64,000 bases of DNA, taken from contig JAFGMW010000095.1 in assembly GCA_016927275.1 (NCBI GenBank), positions 9,247-73,246 on the forward strand. Reading direction: 5' to 3'. The notes under the pieces are model-generated. The model made no database searches. It was not told where the DNA came from and saw nothing but the letters and a program-made list of their open reading frames with translations. How positions within the stretch are numbered: position 1 is the stretch's first letter; every line of letters starts with the position of its first letter. The DNA comes from Pseudomonadota bacterium. Its GTDB lineage: Bacteria > UBA10199 > 2-02-FULL-44-16 > JAAZCA01. Of the stretch, positions 60,901 through 64,000 are shown piece by piece. A program made the position numbers and the translations under genes.

Positions 60901-63900
60901 CGACCTCATGGAGGCCAGGAAGAGATTCGGGTGGGACGCGAAGCGCATTGAGGACCTGATCGCAATCCGCATCCTGGCCCACACCGCAATATCGTGGGGC
61001 GACCTCGAGCGGAGCAAGATCAGAAACACCGCCGCGCTCGAGGACGCGGTCAGGAAGGCTTGGACGGGCGACGCCGCCTCCCTGCGCAGGGCGGCTGCCG
61101 ACTACTCGCGCCTCGAGAAGGAGCCGCTCGGATACAACTTCGAAGGCGCCGAGGCGGGTCTTCGGATACTCAGGAGGTCCAACGGGGCGCACGCCGTCCG
61201 CAGGCCGATCCTCGCGGGCGCCCTCCCCTCTGTCTCCTGGAAGGAGCAGTGGCGCCGCCACGCGGTCGACATGGGCCTCTGCCCGCAGGCGACAGACCTG
61301 GCCGTCGCGGCGATGGAGCGTTACTTCGCCCGGGGCAAAAACCTGAACGTGTACTCAGAGGACGATCTCTCGGCCGCGGTCGAGGCGGAGCTCGCCTCTT
61401 CCGGCTGGACCATGCCCGGCATGGGCGCGGAGGAAACAGCGGGCTGCCTCGTCATCCACATAGGCTTCTTCCTGCCGACTCTGGGAGTGGCCGGAGAGAG
61501 CGATGCGGCGGCACCGGCGGAGAACGGCGACAGGCCGGAGATGATGGCGGCCAGGCAGGTGGCGCAGCGGTACATGGCCCCCTTCCCCCAGATGGTCCGA
61601 AGGGGTCTCAACGTCAAGACCAGGGTCCCGATACTCGAGGACCGCCTCCTGCAGCTCGCGACGCTAGCCGCCCTCGAGGACAAGGACGGGCATCTTTCTC
61701 CGCAGAGGGTCTTCATAGCGGCAAGGGCAATAATCGACGAGTACAACTCGAGCGCCGGCGAGCAGTCCCCGCTCAGCTCGGTGGCGGACGTGCGGATCGA
61801 CGGCTCGGGGCTCGCGGGAGAGAGGCTCGCGTCGTTTGCCGCATCGCGCGCCGCAGGCGCGGGAGGCGTCAACCTCACCGCGGTGAGGCACGCATACTTC
61901 AGGCTATACGACGACTTCATGAAGGGTCGCGAGATAGACGGCCAGAGGATGACGGAGGCCCTGACCGCATCTGCGGAAGGATCCCCAGTCTCCGAGGAAG
62001 AGATGACTCTTCTTGCGGAATTCATCGAACACCAGCGGCAGGCCATGATGTCGTGGAGGGCGGTCGTTCGGGACCCGAGGTCCGGCCTGGTCGCCCATCT
62101 CAGGCAGAACTACTCTTTCCAGGACGCGCGGGTCGACGTGACGATATTCGAGTCGTTCGCCCTCAGGCTCGCGGACGCGAGGATCGCGAGCGCCGCGGGG
62201 GCCGAGCCCGTGGAGATATCCTCCGGACTCGCAGCGCAGACGCTGGCCGCGGACATCGCGGCGAAGAACCAGTTGGCGGCCTTCATGAGGTCGACCCTCT
62301 CCTCATGGATGCAGGTTTCCGCCTCGCGCATCGGCGAGCACCTGGACCTGGTGAACATGGAGATGGCGGAGCTGGCCGGGAGCACCGGCGAGGTGCCGCC
62401 TTCGGGCAGGGCCCTCCTGGAGAGGGCGGCCGATCGCCTGGGCATCCCCGGCGCAGAGGCGGTACTGGCCGACGAGAGGACCCTCTTCCTCCTCGACGAA
62501 ATCCGCGGAACAAAGTCGCGCGAGGAGCCGCTTCTCAAGTCCGCGCAGCGCCTGAAGGCGGCCGCCGAGGAGAGGATAGCGGCCGAGCGCAGGCAGAGGC
62601 GCGAGATCGAGCTCACAGCCGCCGAGGACACAATAGCGGAGACGGCGGGGACCGCCGGGGGATTCGCATGGCGCATGGCCGAGGTCCTTTCGACCTGGCA
62701 GGCCATGAAGCCCCCCTCCGAACAGGACTACGACTCGCTCAACAGGATGGCCCACTCCATAGACTCTGAAGTCGCGAGGCTCAAGCCCATCGGAGAGTCG
62801 TTCCAGCCGCTCGAGGCGGCGATACGATCGGCGCAGTCGGTCATCGACGGGTACGGGGCCCACGATGAAAATCCATCGCTCGCGCTCTCGCTCCTCGAGA
62901 CAGGCCGCGACCTCCTCTGGAGGTCGACCTCGCTGCTCGCCGAGGCGTTCGACGAGGCGGTCCTGATCATGGACAGGATGGAGAGCGCGCGGAAGCTCGC
63001 CGAGGCGAACAGGGAGCGGCTGGCGTTCGAGCGCAGGCTCTCCGGCGAGCTGGCTAACGTCGATCGGATCATATCGGAGCTGGACCCCCTGATCTCCTCA
63101 GAGACCATTCTGGAAGGGGAGGCGCAGAAGATCATGGACGCTTCCGGCAGGATCTCATCGCTGTTCTCGGGGGACGGTCCCATCGATCCCTCGACCTTCG
63201 CCGATGCGGCAGAACAGGCACACAGGCACGCCGAATCGGCCGAAGCGATGGGAACTGGGAGCGGCGAGATCATATCCAGGATAGAGGCGCTGATCGGCGG
63301 CGCAGGTACAACGCCTCCGCGGATCAAAGAGGCGCTGGCCGGCCTCGAGGAGATCGCTTCATCTGCGAACGAGGACCAGTTCGACGAGATCGACGCGGCA
63401 ATGAAGTCCCTCGCCGAGAAGGCGGCCGGGGCCCGGCGCACCCTCGCGCAGATCAGCGCGACGATCGGGCGAATCGCAGAAGAGACTGCCCGGATGAAGG
63501 CGATACTCATCGGTGCGGAGTCGCGGCTGCCTGTATCGATGCTCGCCGCCATGCCGGATCCCCTCGAGGTTGAGGGGAAGGGGATAGAGGAGCGGATCCA
63601 CGAGTTCAACCGCGGCGAGAGCAGGAACGATCCCTTCAGGAGGCACGGCAGGGCGATAAGGGATCTGGCAGATAGCGCCATGGTCCTTTCGCTGGGCGAC
63701 GCGTCGCATCTGCTCTCCCGAAGGGAGGCGGCCAGCGTGGAGCAGTGGCTGAGAGGCCCCCGCGACACCTCGCTCACGCTCCAGGACGCCTTCGGTGCGA
63801 ACGTGAGGATCGACAAGGGGCTCATGGGCGCGAGGCTCGTGGCTGCGGCCGACCTCCCCGAAGGCCATCCTTTTGCGACGATGATCGAAAACCTGAGGAT

Positions 63901-64000
63901 GGCTATCTCCGGGAACACGAACGAGGCGCTGCTCATCTCGCTTCTCGCCAGGCCGGTCGCACGCGCCCTCCTCTCCGACCTCCTCGTCGCCCTCTCGGGC
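57926..64000 (+). CDS. giant hypothetical protein, N-terminal >2024 aa (ORF open to window end; not in supplied ORF table)
   Basis: Manual translation from ATG 57926 (MVRIKDGEGRISTIPPGPMGDEAAQ...) gives a stop-free, protein-like, alpha-helical A/E/R/L-rich sequence in one frame through position 64000; minus-strand ORFs over this span (57923-61261, 62728-63936) are low-complexity antisense artefacts. Confidence 0.65.
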   Translation, partial: MVRIKDGEGRISTIPPGPMGDEAAQPAKAPESGRPRDSYAPPHRGPRIIGSRRKTGSERIFEERYKSDYGMESVFFLARQIGADDPLGKRESEARHVMTRALRMLRDEAKNHAEGWRPGDSIIERALRTGYREYHGNSPMSGELFYVFDHFKCLIEDEAEELGVAGKLSRKKAAARERLGSPEAFARRALRAVELAGRAGVIAQEMPDGAEGAEGAIDLATEAEALAAKLKGLGGDTNSIARSLKRREALEDAMVAMERIEAIEDDISLAYLRSGAGENSRLAGSMIGERAPEIDRWFAENGALLRADRASVQGALENYVALWLAENQGRPAGRIGFSSRSLRGAAASLRSSLMGPDELGRTSDALKRLVWELARGVPGDDGEETTSSSMDYGQFAQSVGKGIVDSAQRFRESIIDGTAEGAPVSEEERRKAADAFHGLFMQYAIGAAAAHPGRELRDALIENGLEPEITNSIYRNPALAAAFGTAAIEMLSRFFSKDVSARPSPPIEALVPASLAPDAAPAQAPADGEYVEYSDGMAMRDFVRRMPFTVTKALAAKFKEATGYPIDRFLLWGSRRAHSGEMSEAMWSFLINAAADEGGLRDLVRSYPPEGQSREEWFDKVAAMGTFEELAAFAANNKPARSNSSDWERYVEHCEKTGMPEEITVEPRTKVALRAVIPALAFLKEEAAKYGMAVDVWDYLAAIYPAARRMRQSAKDGEIIIKVPSFMARTAFQNWSLESWARRISAENLIINVVKSTVERHSGGHVELAERWNMRKYTKPLANTDPELERMLTDFGEFLRFVRVLDSSGLIADKSGNRLSYAQEPVQSRFAARIEFDHSTYLKADKPYFPDDERLFTEAKRGIYRSALEIAGEFIGNLKLLPRNTAIKKADGTEVTAEDLVRELAEYARRESYYRWSLRHNDSIPYASDDYRKEIREFFSELRRWTRGIVYNSNIQGTIFTGHGPTRFVAASRLEGHRAGFERSALPVLYFDDLMEARKRFGWDAKRIEDLIAIRILAHTAISWGDLERSKIRNTAALEDAVRKAWTGDAASLRRAAADYSRLEKEPLGYNFEGAEAGLRILRRSNGAHAVRRPILAGALPSVSWKEQWRRHAVDMGLCPQATDLAVAAMERYFARGKNLNVYSEDDLSAAVEAELASSGWTMPGMGAEETAGCLVIHIGFFLPTLGVAGESDAAAPAENGDRPEMMAARQVAQRYMAPFPQMVRRGLNVKTRVPILEDRLLQLATLAALEDKDGHLSPQRVFIAARAIIDEYNSSAGEQSPLSSVADVRIDGSGLAGERLASFAASRAAGAGGVNLTAVRHAYFRLYDDFMKGREIDGQRMTEALTASAEGSPVSEEEMTLLAEFIEHQRQAMMSWRAVVRDPRSGLVAHLRQNYSFQDARVDVTIFESFALRLADARIASAAGAEPVEISSGLAAQTLAADIAAKNQLAAFMRSTLSSWMQVSASRIGEHLDLVNMEMAELAGSTGEVPPSGRALLERAADRLGIPGAEAVLADERTLFLLDEIRGTKSREEPLLKSAQRLKAAAEERIAAERRQRREIELTAAEDTIAETAGTAGGFAWRMAEVLSTWQAMKPPSEQDYDSLNRMAHSIDSEVARLKPIGESFQPLEAAIRSAQSVIDGYGAHDENPSLALSLLETGRDLLWRSTSLLAEAFDEAVLIMDRMESARKLAEANRERLAFERRLSGELANVDRIISELDPLISSETILEGEAQKIMDASGRISSLFSGDGPIDPSTFADAAEQAHRHAESAEAMGTGSGEIISRIEALIGGAGTTPPRIKEALAGLEEIASSANEDQFDEIDAAMKSLAEKAAGARRTLAQISATIGRIAEETARMKAILIGAESRLPVSMLAAMPDPLEVEGKGIEERIHEFNRGESRNDPFRRHGRAIRDLADSAMVLSLGDASHLLSRREAASVEQWLRGPRDTSLTLQDAFGANVRIDKGLMGARLVAAADLPEGHPFATMIENLRMAISGNTNEALLISLLARPVARALLSDLLVALSG

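Noticed and set aside
57923-61261. 1112-aa minus-strand ORF (and 61321-62046, 62110-62706, 62728-63936 minus; 59773-60951 and 60994-62769 plus)
   Set aside because: Arg/Gly/Pro/Ser-rich low-complexity translations typical of antisense or alternative frames of a high-GC gene; the real gene is the open plus-strand frame starting at 57926

Overview
This 64 kb window is a high-GC (roughly two-thirds G+C by eye) bacterial chromosomal segment. The delta-60-type repeat lipoprotein, a Cys-containing C-terminal anchor on a giant adhesin-like protein and a strong sigma-54 promoter match together point to a deltaproteobacterial/myxobacterial-like lineage, but this is inference only. Housekeeping content includes a DEAD-box helicase, a polyamine pair (deoxyhypusine-synthase-like plus Orn/Lys decarboxylase), cspA, an RluA-family pseudouridine synthase, tsaA, tRNA-His, a TatD/radical-SAM fusion, an inositol monophosphatase, comF, rsfS-obg-rpmA-rplU, and RNase G with its radical-SAM/DUF2344 companion. 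Interleaved with these is a dense set of secreted proteins and lipoproteins: an FG-GAP propeller protein, a thaumatin-like lipoprotein, two paralogous tandem Tudor-like proteins, a delta-60 repeat protein, a ~1060-aa multi-ASH-domain surface protein, a parallel beta-helix protein, two beta-lactamase-family hydrolases and an OM beta-barrel. The most unusual features are: (1) a dispersed family of tandem octamer repeats (GTGACTSG)n, mostly arranged as long inverted arrays, at five intergenic sites and once in-frame between the rSAM and DUF2344 domains; (2) a ~3 kb lower-GC islet flanked by ~50 bp imperfect direct repeats that duplicate the 3' end of rng; (3) a tRNA-His locus with a low-GC methyltransferase gene, a partial tRNA duplicate containing a perfect 12-bp palindrome, and heptamer repeats; (4) a recurring GTCAGACGGAGCAA operator-like motif upstream of secreted-protein genes; and (5) an open >2000-aa plus-strand reading frame running off the window end that the six-frame ORF table does not list. 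Several gene remnants (an EF-P C-terminus, an OM-barrel C-terminus, a four-helix-bundle protein, a GH13-like tail) and an apparently orphan RelE/ParE toxin are also present.
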